A stretch of 55,299 nucleotides of DNA, taken from the NCBI GenBank assembly GCA_964543035.1, contig CAZIVL010000001.1:433736-489034 (forward strand), in the 5' to 3' direction. Position numbers and translations under genes: made by a program. This document shows, piece after piece, positions 1-7,699 of the stretch; position 1 is the stretch's first letter, and every line of letters begins with the position of its first letter. The stretch is from an uncultured Gammaproteobacteria bacterium (GTDB lineage Bacteria > Patescibacteriota > Microgenomatia > CAZETR01 > Amesbacteraceae). Below the pieces are notes generated by a model, which was not told where the DNA came from, searched no databases, and was given only the letters and a program-made list of their open reading frames with translations.

Positions 1-303
1 GCCATCTTCACTTTTTTCGACGACTTCAGGAAAGACTATCAGTGGAGTCTTATTCACCACCCCATTTTTTATTTCCGTGATCTTCCCAGGCCTTTCCGTC
101 ACCAGCAGTCGGTTTTCTCCAGCAAATACTATCGCCCACGGCACAGACAATCCTCTCGCCACTTCTTCGATCTTCATTTCCCCCGTTGTCATTTGCTCTT
201 GGACCGTCTCCACCGGACTGACTTTAGTAGGCAGTTTAAGTGTGCCTCTCCAGTACCACACCCCAGCTACTATCAAAATGATTGCAACCCCAATCCACTT
301 CAT
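1..303 (-). CDS. PQQ-dependent sugar dehydrogenase (glucose/sorbosone dehydrogenase family), N-terminal part; the ORF runs off the window start
   Basis: My own reverse-complement translation from ATG (303-301) gives MKWIGVAIILIVAGVWYW (TM anchor) ...EEVARGLSVPWAIVFAGENRLLVTERPGKITEIKNG. This is the typical N-terminal signature of soluble aldose sugar dehydrogenases. The frame is open to base 1. It is absent from the ORF track because it has no stop in the window. Confidence 0.55.
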   Translation of the reverse strand, partial: MKWIGVAIILIVAGVWYWRGTLKLPTKVSPVETVQEQMTTGEMKIEEVARGLSVPWAIVFAGENRLLVTERPGKITEIKNGVVNKTPLIVFPEVVEKSEDG

Positions 304-368
304 TATCTACAAATCATATCATCATGATTCTTGTGACTACTCTAAGTTGAGAGTAAAATACTCAACTT

Positions 369-617
369 ATGTGTAATTTTTGTCCAGAACACAACGCTGA
401 AGCAGTACACAAGGCTGGAGATGTAGTGAATCTAAAACTAGGTATAGATTTTGGGAGAACTTTAGTAGATTTAAATACCGTAAGAGATTTAGAACGGCAG
501 TTTGGCACCCTTGTCAGCGGCCCAACCTCTGAAGATCTTGAAGCTGAGGTAACATGGTTTAGGACAATAATTCAAAATCCCAATCCTAGAGACAGTCACG
601 ATGCTGTTCTTCAGTGA
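369..617 (+). CDS. hypothetical protein (82 aa)
   Basis: ORF only. No recognisable motif and no clear RBS. Confidence 0.25.
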   Translation: MCNFCPEHNAEAVHKAGDVVNLKLGIDFGRTLVDLNTVRDLERQFGTLVSGPTSEDLEAEVTWFRTIIQNPNPRDSHDAVLQ

Positions 618-643
618 ATTCACTCTCAGTCGCGGCTACCTCC

Positions 644-862
644 TTACGGTCTGAGTTCGTAACGTCTTATGGGCCCATCTGGTCCGTCTTCCTCAGATGT
701 TACCCATTCACCAGCAGGTGTTACAGTCTTAACTACCACAAGTGCTCGGTTACCTGGAAGTAAGGCAAAGCTAGTCTCACTATATGGATCTGGGTGTTCA
801 TGAGAAAAATTGCTCATGCGGTTATACCCATCCGGCAATCCTCTTTCATAGACAACGCTCAT
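644..862 (-). CDS. hypothetical protein (72 aa)
   Basis: ORF only, convergent with 369-617. No recognisable motif. Confidence 0.25.
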   Translation of the reverse strand: MSVVYERGLPDGYNRMSNFSHEHPDPYSETSFALLPGNRALVVVKTVTPAGEWVTSEEDGPDGPIRRYELRP

Positions 863-924
863 AGTTAAATTTTAAAACTTACACATCTTGTGTCAACCGG
901 CAGATATTTAGCTATAATTGCCGG

Positions 925-1560
925 ATGTCAACAATAGTAGGCGTGTTTGCTCATCCAGATGACGAGGCTATGGGACCTGCCGGTACCATCGCCAAACTAG
1001 CTCAAGAAAATGAAGTTCACCTCATCTGTGTAACTGATGGTGATCATCAGGACAAGGGGCTCAAAAATATCCGTGACAAAGAGCTATCCAAGTCAGCCCA
1101 GATTTTGGGTGTAAAAAAAGTCGTTTTTCTGGATTTTGTCGACGGGTCTTTGTCCAACAGCAATTATCACAAGATCGCAGATGCTCTCAAAAAACAGCTG
1201 GATATTCTAAGACCCGAGACCATTATCACTTTTCACCCCAATGGTGTCTCAGGCCACATTGACCATCTTGTTGTCACCTCTGTCGTAAACTTTTTATTCC
1301 CCAAACTAAAGTACCTAAAAAAAGTCATGTACTTTGCCATGCGCGACATCGAGCGCCGTCTCATGCCAGGCTACTTTGTCTATATGCCAGATGGTTTGGC
1401 AAAAAAAGATGCCCATGAGGTCGTGGATACGAGATCAGTCTGGGATCAAAAGAAGAAGGCCATCCAAGCTCACAAATCCCAGTCGAGTGATGGAAACAAG
1501 ATTCTTCTTCGCGACAGCATCCTCCCCAAAGAAGAGTACTTCATTGTAAGATCAAAGTAG
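925..1560 (+). CDS. PIG-L/LmbE family N-acetylglucosaminyl deacetylase
   Basis: VFAHPDDEAMGPAG near the N-terminus plus a downstream GHIDH are the zinc-ligand signature of the PIG-L family. TATAAT at 913-918 lies only 6 nt before the ATG, so the transcript may be leaderless. Confidence 0.85.
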   Translation: MSTIVGVFAHPDDEAMGPAGTIAKLAQENEVHLICVTDGDHQDKGLKNIRDKELSKSAQILGVKKVVFLDFVDGSLSNSNYHKIADALKKQLDILRPETIITFHPNGVSGHIDHLVVTSVVNFLFPKLKYLKKVMYFAMRDIERRLMPGYFVYMPDGLAKKDAHEVVDTRSVWDQKKKAIQAHKSQSSDGNKILLRDSILPKEEYFIVRSK

Positions 1561-2624
1561 TGCATAAAAACGTATGTCATCCTGAACGCAGTGAAGGATC
1601 CAGTACTTTCTGGACTCTTCGCCTGTGGCTCAGAGTGACGGTCTTCGTGATAATGTTATTTTTTGTAACTCCCTCTCGCGCATCTTTTGACTTCCCGGCA
1701 AAATACGACATCACCTACACTTATTCCGCCGATCACCCGACGAAGGTCCATCAGAAGGTCACTTTGACCAACCGTTTTTCCCAGCTTCATCCGACTTCTT
1801 ACCAATTAGAAATTACGGGAGAAACCCCCACGAACATTACTGCCCGCGACACAGGTGGCCTTCTCAAATACCAGATTATGGCCCAGACTCCAGATCAGAC
1901 CGTCATAGAGTTTATATTCAATCGGCCTGTTGTGGGGAGAGGTAAGAGCTATACATTTGATGTCTACTACGAGATCCCGTCAGTCACCGAAGTATCCAGT
2001 CTCTGGGAGATCCATCTTCCTCAAGTGGGCAATATCGACCCCAACGATAGCTACAAGTTTCACTTGCTTGTACCCAACAGCTTTGGCCCTCTTATCACCT
2101 CTCACCCCTCCCCCACAAATACCGATGCCACCTCCCACCCAGGCTTTGTCCATGTCCAGTACAATTCTTCCGACCTCAGATCAAACACCGGTCTTGCCAC
2201 TTTCGGTTTTGCAGCTCTTCCACCAGGAATTGAAATCAAGTATCCCATCCAGATTTTTCCACCTCTGATTACCAAGTTTCAACTAGAAATCACAAACCCA
2301 AACCATTTTGCCGTCGACGCCCAGGATATCCAGCTTACATCTACTAATTTGCCCCTCAGAAATGAAGTCATTTCAGTTCCATCTCTTTATCCCGACCAAA
2401 AGCTGACTTTGGATATTCCCTTACAGCGGTTTTTTGTCCCGCAGATGTTGCCTAAAACTTTGACTCTTTGGGTCGGAAAAGAGCAAATCGCCTATAATAT
2501 CCCCAGTTACCTGTTTATTTCATGGTATGTCATCTTTATCGGGGTCGTCACATCCGCTCTGGTCTACGGTGGTCACGCTGCCCACCGTGCCGGGAGTCTA
2601 CATCTACAAAAACGAAAAAAATAA
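1560..2624 (+). CDS. hypothetical exported/membrane protein with a C-terminal TM helix
   Basis: Long ORF with C-terminal FISWYVIFIGVVTSALVY. The first ~26 codons (CHPERSEGSSTFWTLRLWL) read through palindromic repeat 1576-1639. The real start is therefore more likely GTG 1635 (MTVFVIMLFFVTPSRA, signal-like) or ATG 1653. Confidence 0.6.
   Translation: MHKNVCHPERSEGSSTFWTLRLWLRVTVFVIMLFFVTPSRASFDFPAKYDITYTYSADHPTKVHQKVTLTNRFSQLHPTSYQLEITGETPTNITARDTGGLLKYQIMAQTPDQTVIEFIFNRPVVGRGKSYTFDVYYEIPSVTEVSSLWEIHLPQVGNIDPNDSYKFHLLVPNSFGPLITSHPSPTNTDATSHPGFVHVQYNSSDLRSNTGLATFGFAALPPGIEIKYPIQIFPPLITKFQLEITNPNHFAVDAQDIQLTSTNLPLRNEVISVPSLYPDQKLTLDIPLQRFFVPQMLPKTLTLWVGKEQIAYNIPSYLFISWYVIFIGVVTSALVYGGHAAHRAGSLHLQKRKK
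1576..1639. repeat. Imperfect palindromic repeat, family GTCATCCTGAnC-N-GAAGGATCC (copy 1, both arms)
   Basis: Left arm is gtcatcctgaacgcagtgaaggatccag. The right arm, reverse-complemented, is gtcactctgagccacaggcgaagagtccag. It matches copies at 3804, 37530, 53589 and 55227. Confidence 0.8.
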
Positions 2625-3825
2625 GATCATCTACGTTGGCAAAGCCAAGAATTTGCGTGATCGGGTAAAAAGCTATTTTCAGCCTCCCACGAAGCTAGGT
2701 CCAAAGACCGCTCAGCTGGTCGAAAATATCACCTCTCTCGAATTTATTGAAGTCGGCTCCGAAGTTGAGGCACTGCTTTTGGAGTCGAGCCTCATAAAGA
2801 AATTCAAGCCTTTTTTCAACATCGCCGCCAAAGATGACAAGTCGCCATACTACATTCACATCACGCGAGAACAGTATCCAAAGCCAACAATCAACCATAC
2901 TAGCCATTTAGCCATCGCTGGTCCATTTTTAAACAGATTGGTGCCAGCACGTATTCTCAAGCTTTTTCGCAGGATCGCCCCTTACTGTGTGGCACCCAGA
3001 CCAGTAAGAAAACCTTGTTTTTATTCTCATCTCAATCTCTGCAACCCCTGTCCGGGCACAAGCCATATAACCATCCAACCATATAGCAATAACATCAGAA
3101 GACTCAAATATTTGTTAGGAGGAAACTTTTCCAGAGTCAGGTCCGATTTGACCAAGAAAATGCAGGGTGCCTCCAAAGTCCAAGATTACGAGCAAGCAGG
3201 TTTACTACGCGACCAGCTGCTCGCCCTCGAACAACTTACCTCTGCTCACATCTTGCCCGAAGAATATATTTCCAACCCCAATCTCATTCAAGACTCCAGA
3301 GCAGAATCACTAAACTCGCTTACCCTTATCCTCACACCATATCTCACCACTCACCACTCACCACTCAGCCTAAATAGAATTGAACTCTACGACAATGCCC
3401 ATCTCGCAGGAACTAGTCCCACTTCAGCCATGGTAGTGGCCATAGATGGGGAGATCACTCCTAGAAACTACCGGCATTTTACGATCCGTACCAGCAAATC
3501 AAATAGCGACGTCGACATAATGAATGAAGTTTTGACCAGAAGACTTAAGCGCACTGACTGGCCACATCCAGATCTAATAGTATTAGACGGCGGTTTACCG
3601 CAACTATCGTCATACAAGATACTAGATACAAAATACAAAATACCTGTAATCGCTTTAGCAAAAAGAGACGAGATTATCTACACTCTGGACAAGCAGGAAA
3701 TCAAGCTCCCCAAGGACCATCCAGGCCTGAGACTTCTTATTCGTCTTCGCGACGAAGCCCACAGATTTAGTAGGCGGTTGCACCACAAACATCAACGTTC
3801 ATCTGTCATCCCGACCAAGCGGTAG
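2527..3825 (+). CDS. uvrC: excinuclease ABC subunit C, short form lacking the C-terminal (HhH)2 domain
   Basis: GIY-YIG motif GVYIYKNEKNKIIYVGKAKNLRDRV, UVR domain DYEQAGLLRDQLLALEQL, and an RNase H-like endonuclease region IELYDNAHLAG. It is only 432 aa. The 98-nt overlap with the preceding ORF suggests a later start such as GTG 2569. Confidence 0.85.
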   Translation: MSSLSGSSHPLWSTVVTLPTVPGVYIYKNEKNKIIYVGKAKNLRDRVKSYFQPPTKLGPKTAQLVENITSLEFIEVGSEVEALLLESSLIKKFKPFFNIAAKDDKSPYYIHITREQYPKPTINHTSHLAIAGPFLNRLVPARILKLFRRIAPYCVAPRPVRKPCFYSHLNLCNPCPGTSHITIQPYSNNIRRLKYLLGGNFSRVRSDLTKKMQGASKVQDYEQAGLLRDQLLALEQLTSAHILPEEYISNPNLIQDSRAESLNSLTLILTPYLTTHHSPLSLNRIELYDNAHLAGTSPTSAMVVAIDGEITPRNYRHFTIRTSKSNSDVDIMNEVLTRRLKRTDWPHPDLIVLDGGLPQLSSYKILDTKYKIPVIALAKRDEIIYTLDKQEIKLPKDHPGLRLLIRLRDEAHRFSRRLHHKHQRSSVIPTKR

Positions 3826-3862
3826 CGCGTGGAGGGATCCCTCGACTACGCTCGGGATGACA
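3804..3862. repeat. Palindromic repeat, same family (copy 2, both arms); likely also acts as the uvrC terminator hairpin
   Basis: tgtcatcccgaccaagcggtagcgcgtggagggatccctcgactacgctcgggatgaca, with ends tgtcatcccga/tcgggatgaca complementary. It supplies the last codons (SSVIPTKR) and the stop of uvrC. Confidence 0.75.
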
Positions 3863-3881
3863 TTTAGTGTAAAGTATTAGT

Positions 3882-4292
3882 ATGCTTAGAATCCTGCTTC
3901 GTTCAATTGCGATTAATCTTGCTTGTGTATACGTAACCATTCAAATTCTTTCTGGAGTAGTTACTTATATAGGAGGTGTTCAGACCCTCCTTTTGGCCTC
4001 AGTAGCCATCGCAGGGGTCAATCTGATAGTCAAGCCCCTCATCAATCTTCTTCTGCTTCCCATCCATCTTGTCACCCTCGGAGTCTTTCGCTGGGTAGCC
4101 AATTTAGCCACTCTTTATATAGTCACCTGGCTCATCCCCAATCTCCAGGTCCATGCCTTTACCTTCCCCGGCCTCAATCTCAAATATCTCATAATTCCGA
4201 GCATCCACTTCACCGCCTTTGGTGCTTTTCTCGTCACTACTCTGGTTCTGACTCTCACCTTCCACTTCATATACTGGCTTTTGCAAGACTAA
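3882..4292 (+). CDS. small integral membrane protein (4 TM; possibly holin family IV/YvlD-like)
   Basis: 136 aa, almost entirely hydrophobic helices (LACVYVTIQILSG..., LLLASVAIAGVNLIV..., WVANLATLYIVTWLI...). The family assignment is tentative. Confidence 0.55.
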   Translation: MLRILLRSIAINLACVYVTIQILSGVVTYIGGVQTLLLASVAIAGVNLIVKPLINLLLLPIHLVTLGVFRWVANLATLYIVTWLIPNLQVHAFTFPGLNLKYLIIPSIHFTAFGAFLVTTLVLTLTFHFIYWLLQD

Positions 4293-4319
4293 ATATCAGA
4301 AACTGATATAATAAACCTC

Positions 4320-4529
4320 GTGAAAGAAGCTATCGATATCGCACAAATAATTGTGAGTATTGCTCTTGCTGGTCTTGTCCTTCTTCAGGCCAAAGGCACG
4401 GGTCTGGGTAGATCCTTCAAATCCACCTCTTTTCATTCCAGAAGAGGAGTGGAAAATCTAGTTTTCAAATCGACTATCGTTCTGGCTGTCGTATTTGTCT
4501 GCCTGTCACTCTTTGGACATTTCGTATAG
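4320..4529 (+). CDS. secG: preprotein translocase subunit SecG
   Basis: 69 aa with two TM helices. IVSIALAGLVLLQAKGTGLG matches the SecG LLQxGKG signature. GTG start. Confidence 0.7.
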   Translation: MKEAIDIAQIIVSIALAGLVLLQAKGTGLGRSFKSTSFHSRRGVENLVFKSTIVLAVVFVCLSLFGHFV

Positions 4530-4532
4530 AAC

Positions 4533-5882
4533 ATGTACAAAAAACTGCGCTTTGGGGTCAGGCTCACCACCGCCCTGTTTACAAAATATTATCTAGCCAT
4601 AATTTTGGGTCTGGTTTTAGGCATTGCTAGTTTCATCGGTCTCCCTCCGCTACTTTCCAGGTTGCCCTACATTCGCCCCACCGTGACCATTGCCCAAGTC
4701 GGCCGCTTTACCGAAAAAGATCTCCCATTATCAGTGCTACAAAAAATCTCAATTGGTCTAACTACAGTAGGTGAATCAGGCATTCCCACTCCAGGACTGG
4801 CTAGTAGTTGGCAGGCCACCGATTCCGGCAAAGTATATATATTTACTATTTCAGATCAGCTGCGCTGGCACGACGGCACACCGGTAAAAAGCACAGATAT
4901 TAGTCTCATCTTCAAAGATGCAGAAATTCAGACTCCAGACGATTCGCATCTGATTATCAAACTAAAAAATCCGTTTGCTCCCCTGGCAAGTATTGTCACA
5001 AGACCTCTTTTTAAGACTTCCAAAAATTCTCGACTGATTGGCGTGGGTTCCTACAAGCTCAAGACTATCAGACGAAACGGGGCCTTTATCGAGTCCATTA
5101 CCTTGACTCCAGTCGAAGTCGGTTCCAAGCTTCCACTTCTCAAGTACAATTTTTATTCCTCGCAATCTCAAGCCAGAACTGCCTTCAAGCTAGGACTAGT
5201 GACAGTTGTTCAGGGTGTGAATGAAGTTGAAGATCTGGCCAACTGGCCCAATCTTGAGGTGGAGACACATGTGTCTACCGACCGTCACGTAGTTCTATTC
5301 TTTGATACAGCAGGCGATATGTTCGCCGGAGCTTCAGGAAAAAACTTGAGACTGGCTCTCAACTACGCCATCGACAAGTCCAAATTCCGAGATAGAAGTA
5401 TTGGTCCTCTGGGTCTCAACTCTTGGGCCTACAACGATTCTATTCGCAAATACGACTTTGATCTAAAAAAAGCCAAAGAATTGTTATCCAAAGTAGAAAA
5501 AAAACCTGACCAAATAGACATTACCACTCTGCCCGTATACGAGCAGACTGCTCTCCAGATCAAATCCGATTGGGAGGCCATGGGCCTCAAGGTAAATATC
5601 AAGATAGTCCAAGACATCCCAGACGAATACCAGGTTCTTTTAGTCGCTCAAGTCATTCCCGTCGATCCTGACCAATACAACTTTTGGCATTCCACTCAAG
5701 GCGCCACCAACTTAAGTAGGTTCAACAATCCTCGTATCGACAAATTGCTCGAGGACGGCAGAAAAACCTTAGAGTTAGCCGAGCGCAAGAAGATCTACTC
5801 CGATTTTCAAAGATTCTTATTGGACGAATCTCCCGCCGTCTTCCTCTACTACCCAGAGACCTACACAATTACAAAAAAGTAG
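4533..5882 (+). CDS. ABC transporter substrate-binding protein, family 5 (peptide/nickel type), N-terminally anchored
   Basis: N-terminal TM helix, LRWHDGTPVKSTDI and C-terminal PAVFLYYP motifs typical of SBP_bac_5. No permease or ATPase genes are adjacent. Confidence 0.7.
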   Translation: MYKKLRFGVRLTTALFTKYYLAIILGLVLGIASFIGLPPLLSRLPYIRPTVTIAQVGRFTEKDLPLSVLQKISIGLTTVGESGIPTPGLASSWQATDSGKVYIFTISDQLRWHDGTPVKSTDISLIFKDAEIQTPDDSHLIIKLKNPFAPLASIVTRPLFKTSKNSRLIGVGSYKLKTIRRNGAFIESITLTPVEVGSKLPLLKYNFYSSQSQARTAFKLGLVTVVQGVNEVEDLANWPNLEVETHVSTDRHVVLFFDTAGDMFAGASGKNLRLALNYAIDKSKFRDRSIGPLGLNSWAYNDSIRKYDFDLKKAKELLSKVEKKPDQIDITTLPVYEQTALQIKSDWEAMGLKVNIKIVQDIPDEYQVLLVAQVIPVDPDQYNFWHSTQGATNLSRFNNPRIDKLLEDGRKTLELAERKKIYSDFQRFLLDESPAVFLYYPETYTITKK

Positions 5883-5895
5883 TCAAACACAGGGG

Positions 5896-5924
5896 TTGAC
5901 AACTATTTAGCACTCATGTTAAGT
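5896..5924 (+). promoter_or_regulatory. sigma-70-like promoter of hsp20
   Basis: TTGACA (5896-5901), 17-nt spacer, TTAAGT (5919-5924). A strong RBS AAAGGAGGTGA lies near 5957. Confidence 0.45.
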
Positions 5925-5933
5925 TAGTGCTAG
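5907..5933 (+). promoter_or_regulatory. CIRCE-like inverted repeat (HrcA operator)
   Basis: TTAGCACTC-N9-TAGTGCTAG against the consensus TTAGCACTC-N9-GAGTGCTAA: the left arm is perfect and the right arm matches 7/9. It overlaps the promoter spacer and -10 directly upstream of the small heat-shock gene. Confidence 0.65.
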
Positions 5934-5977
5934 TTGAGGACCACAGTAGCAAAAATGAAAGGAGGTGAGAACGATCA

Positions 5978-6373
5978 ATGAATCTTAGCTTAATCCCACG
6001 CACATTTTGGGACGACTCAGACGATCTTTTTTCCTTCTCATCTAGTCCATCGTCGGGAATCTCCGTTTCCGAGGACGACCAGAAGGTTTATGTCTCAGCC
6101 GCTCTTCCCGGCGTAGACGAAAAAGATATCGAGATCACTTTTGACAAGGGCACTCTCTGGGTAAAAGGTCAGGTAGAAGAAAAAGAAGAAGACAAAAAGC
6201 GCAAATACTATCGTCAATCTTCTTCCAACTTTAGTTACCAGATTGCAGTCCCGGGTGATCTGGACCAAAATTCCGAACCCGAAGCCAGGTACAAAAACGG
6301 CGTGATGACCGTGACTTTCAAAAAGTCACCTCAGTCTCAGCCCAAAAAGATTGCCATCAAGCAGTCAAACTAA
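5978..6373 (+). CDS. Hsp20/alpha-crystallin family small heat-shock protein
   Basis: 131 aa. YVSAALPGVDEKDIEITFDKGTLWVKG...YKNGVMTVTFKK is the alpha-crystallin domain pattern. Confidence 0.85.
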   Translation: MNLSLIPRTFWDDSDDLFSFSSSPSSGISVSEDDQKVYVSAALPGVDEKDIEITFDKGTLWVKGQVEEKEEDKKRKYYRQSSSNFSYQIAVPGDLDQNSEPEARYKNGVMTVTFKKSPQSQPKKIAIKQSN

Positions 6374-6390
6374 AGGCTTTCGGTCACTAA

Positions 6391-6417
6391 AAAACCCGCC
6401 TCAAAAGCGGGTTTTTA
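6391..6417 (+). terminator. rho-independent terminator (usable in both directions)
   Basis: aaaacccgc-ctcaaaa-gcgggtttt followed by T residues, immediately after the hsp20 stop. An A-run on the other side could serve the minus-strand tRNA. Confidence 0.75.
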
Positions 6418-6425
6418 GTTTATTG

Positions 6426-6496
6426 CTGCGGGACCTGGAGTCGAACCAAGATAAACGGGGCCAAAACCCGTTGTCCTACCTTTAGACGATCCCGCA
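6426..6496 (-). tRNA. tRNA-Gln (anticodon TTG)
   Basis: Hand fold of the reverse complement: TGCGGGA-TC-GTCT..GGAC-A-ACGGG-TTTTGGC-CCCGT-TTAT-CTTGG-TTCGACT-CCAGG-TCCCGCA-G. The U1:A72 pair is typical of Gln. CCA is not encoded. Confidence 0.8.
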
Positions 6497-6576
6497 ACGC
6501 AAGCATTAAGCTTGTCTGAATGCATTTTACAGCCATATCTGCCAATAAGGCTATACCAGTGGTAAAATTTGACCAA

Positions 6577-6648
6577 GTCCCCGTAGCTCAATGGATAGAG
6601 CAACTCCCTTCTAAGGAGAAGATGCTAGTTCGATTCTAGCCGGGGACA
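6577..6648 (+). tRNA. tRNA-Arg (anticodon TCT)
   Basis: GTCCCCG-TA-GCTC-AATGGATA-GAGC-A-ACTCC-CTTCTAA-GGAGA-AGAT-GCTAG-TTCGATT-CTAGC-CGGGGAC-A. Confidence 0.8.
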
Positions 6649-6670
6649 CAGGTATAATTAGGCTTATCTT

Positions 6671-6743
6671 GGGTCCGTAGCTCAGCTGGTAGAGCAAATC
6701 CCTCTTAAGGATGCGGTCGTGGGTTCGAATCCCACCGGGCCCA
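6671..6743 (+). tRNA. tRNA-Lys (anticodon CTT)
   Basis: GGGTCCG-TA-GCTC-AGCTGGTA-GAGC..AATCC-CTCTTAA-GGATG..GTGGG-TTCGAAT-CCCAC-CGGGCCC-A. Confidence 0.8.
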
Positions 6744-6821
6744 CTTGACACAAATAGTCACCGAAACGAGCACAAAAGATGTGATTGACGATTTTACAAA
6801 GGCCGGTGGTACTATCAAGAT

Positions 6822-7037
6822 ATGCAATCAACAAATGACCAACTCAAGCTACTTCGCCAAGAGCTCCACGAATTCAAGGACAGTTTGTTTTACTCGCGCA
6901 ATTCCGGCCAAAAAGATATCGAGGATGAGACAAAAATCATCAAAACCGAACTTCGCGATATTCACAGAAAACTAGATATATTGATCAAATATTTGCTTCA
7001 AAAAGAAGCACCCTTATCCGCTCCAACAAAGGTGTAG
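6822..7037 (+). CDS. small coiled-coil protein (71 aa)
   Basis: Heptad-like text LKLLRQELHEFKDSL...KTELRDIHRKLDILIKYLL. Preferred over the overlapping ORF 6745-6975. Confidence 0.45.
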   Translation: MQSTNDQLKLLRQELHEFKDSLFYSRNSGQKDIEDETKIIKTELRDIHRKLDILIKYLLQKEAPLSAPTKV

Positions 7038-7046
7038 AATAAACCA

Positions 7047-7337
7047 ATGCCCCTAACACAAAAAATAATTGAAGACGTAATCAGAAAAGTAATCGTGTCA
7101 GAACTAACAGGAGTAAATGCAAAACTCCACACTATTAGTTCTGATGTATCTGTGGTCAAGGAAGATCTGAAAAAACTAAGTAAAAAAGTAAGCAATCTTT
7201 CTGACACTGTTACGAGTTTTTCAGCAGATGTGCAAAAATTTGATCAAGAACAGACAATACTCTCAAGCCAAATTCCAAATCGCACAGATCGCATAGAAAA
7301 ACTCGAAAAAATAGTTTTTGGCTCCATCCAAGCCTAG
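7047..7337 (+). CDS. small coiled-coil protein (96 aa)
   Basis: VKEDLKKLSKKVSNLSDTVTSFSADVQKFDQEQ...RTDRIEKLEKIVFG. It resembles 6822-7037 and 14687-14974 in style. Confidence 0.5.
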   Translation: MPLTQKIIEDVIRKVIVSELTGVNAKLHTISSDVSVVKEDLKKLSKKVSNLSDTVTSFSADVQKFDQEQTILSSQIPNRTDRIEKLEKIVFGSIQA

Positions 7338-7684
7338 TTTTTTCCAACTTTGGCCACGGCCATTTTCTCCATTTTTTCAAGATTGTTACCAATAATTTGA
7401 TATCCAGGTCCTTTAATTTTTTCGAGCTCATCTCGATAGGCTCTTGCTTTAACAAAAAATTCTTCTACTTTTCCCGTATCGACCAAGGGTTTCACCTCAT
7501 CAGGTTTCATCCAGGAGTTTAGCTCTCCAATAGCCCTTCTGGCCTGATCCGAAGATTCAATAATATTTGCGGACTGATCGACAAAATGCTCAAAGTATCT
7601 TGCCCATGAGGCAACACACTCGGCTGGAGTTCGTGCGGATGCCGCTTCGATTAGCAATTTGGTGCTGGTAGTTGCTTCTTCCAT
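7334..7684 (-). CDS. hypothetical protein (116 aa)
   Basis: Clean ORF with no recognisable motif. Its ATG lies 41 nt downstream (minus sense) of the structured element A core. Confidence 0.5.
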   Translation of the reverse strand: MEEATTSTKLLIEAASARTPAECVASWARYFEHFVDQSANIIESSDQARRAIGELNSWMKPDEVKPLVDTGKVEEFFVKARAYRDELEKIKGPGYQIIGNNLEKMEKMAVAKVGKN

Positions 7685-7699
7685 GGACCAATTTTATCT

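Noticed and set aside
77-376. 99-aa plus-strand ORF at the window start
   Set aside because: It is antisense to a much better minus-strand reading frame with a clear PQQ-dependent sugar dehydrogenase N-terminus (1-303).
1044-1050. Other CUGAUGA hammerhead-core matches on the minus strand (1044-1050, 20631-20637)
   Set aside because: Both lie inside well-supported coding sequences. Both lack a following stem II, GAAA, and complementary stems I and III.
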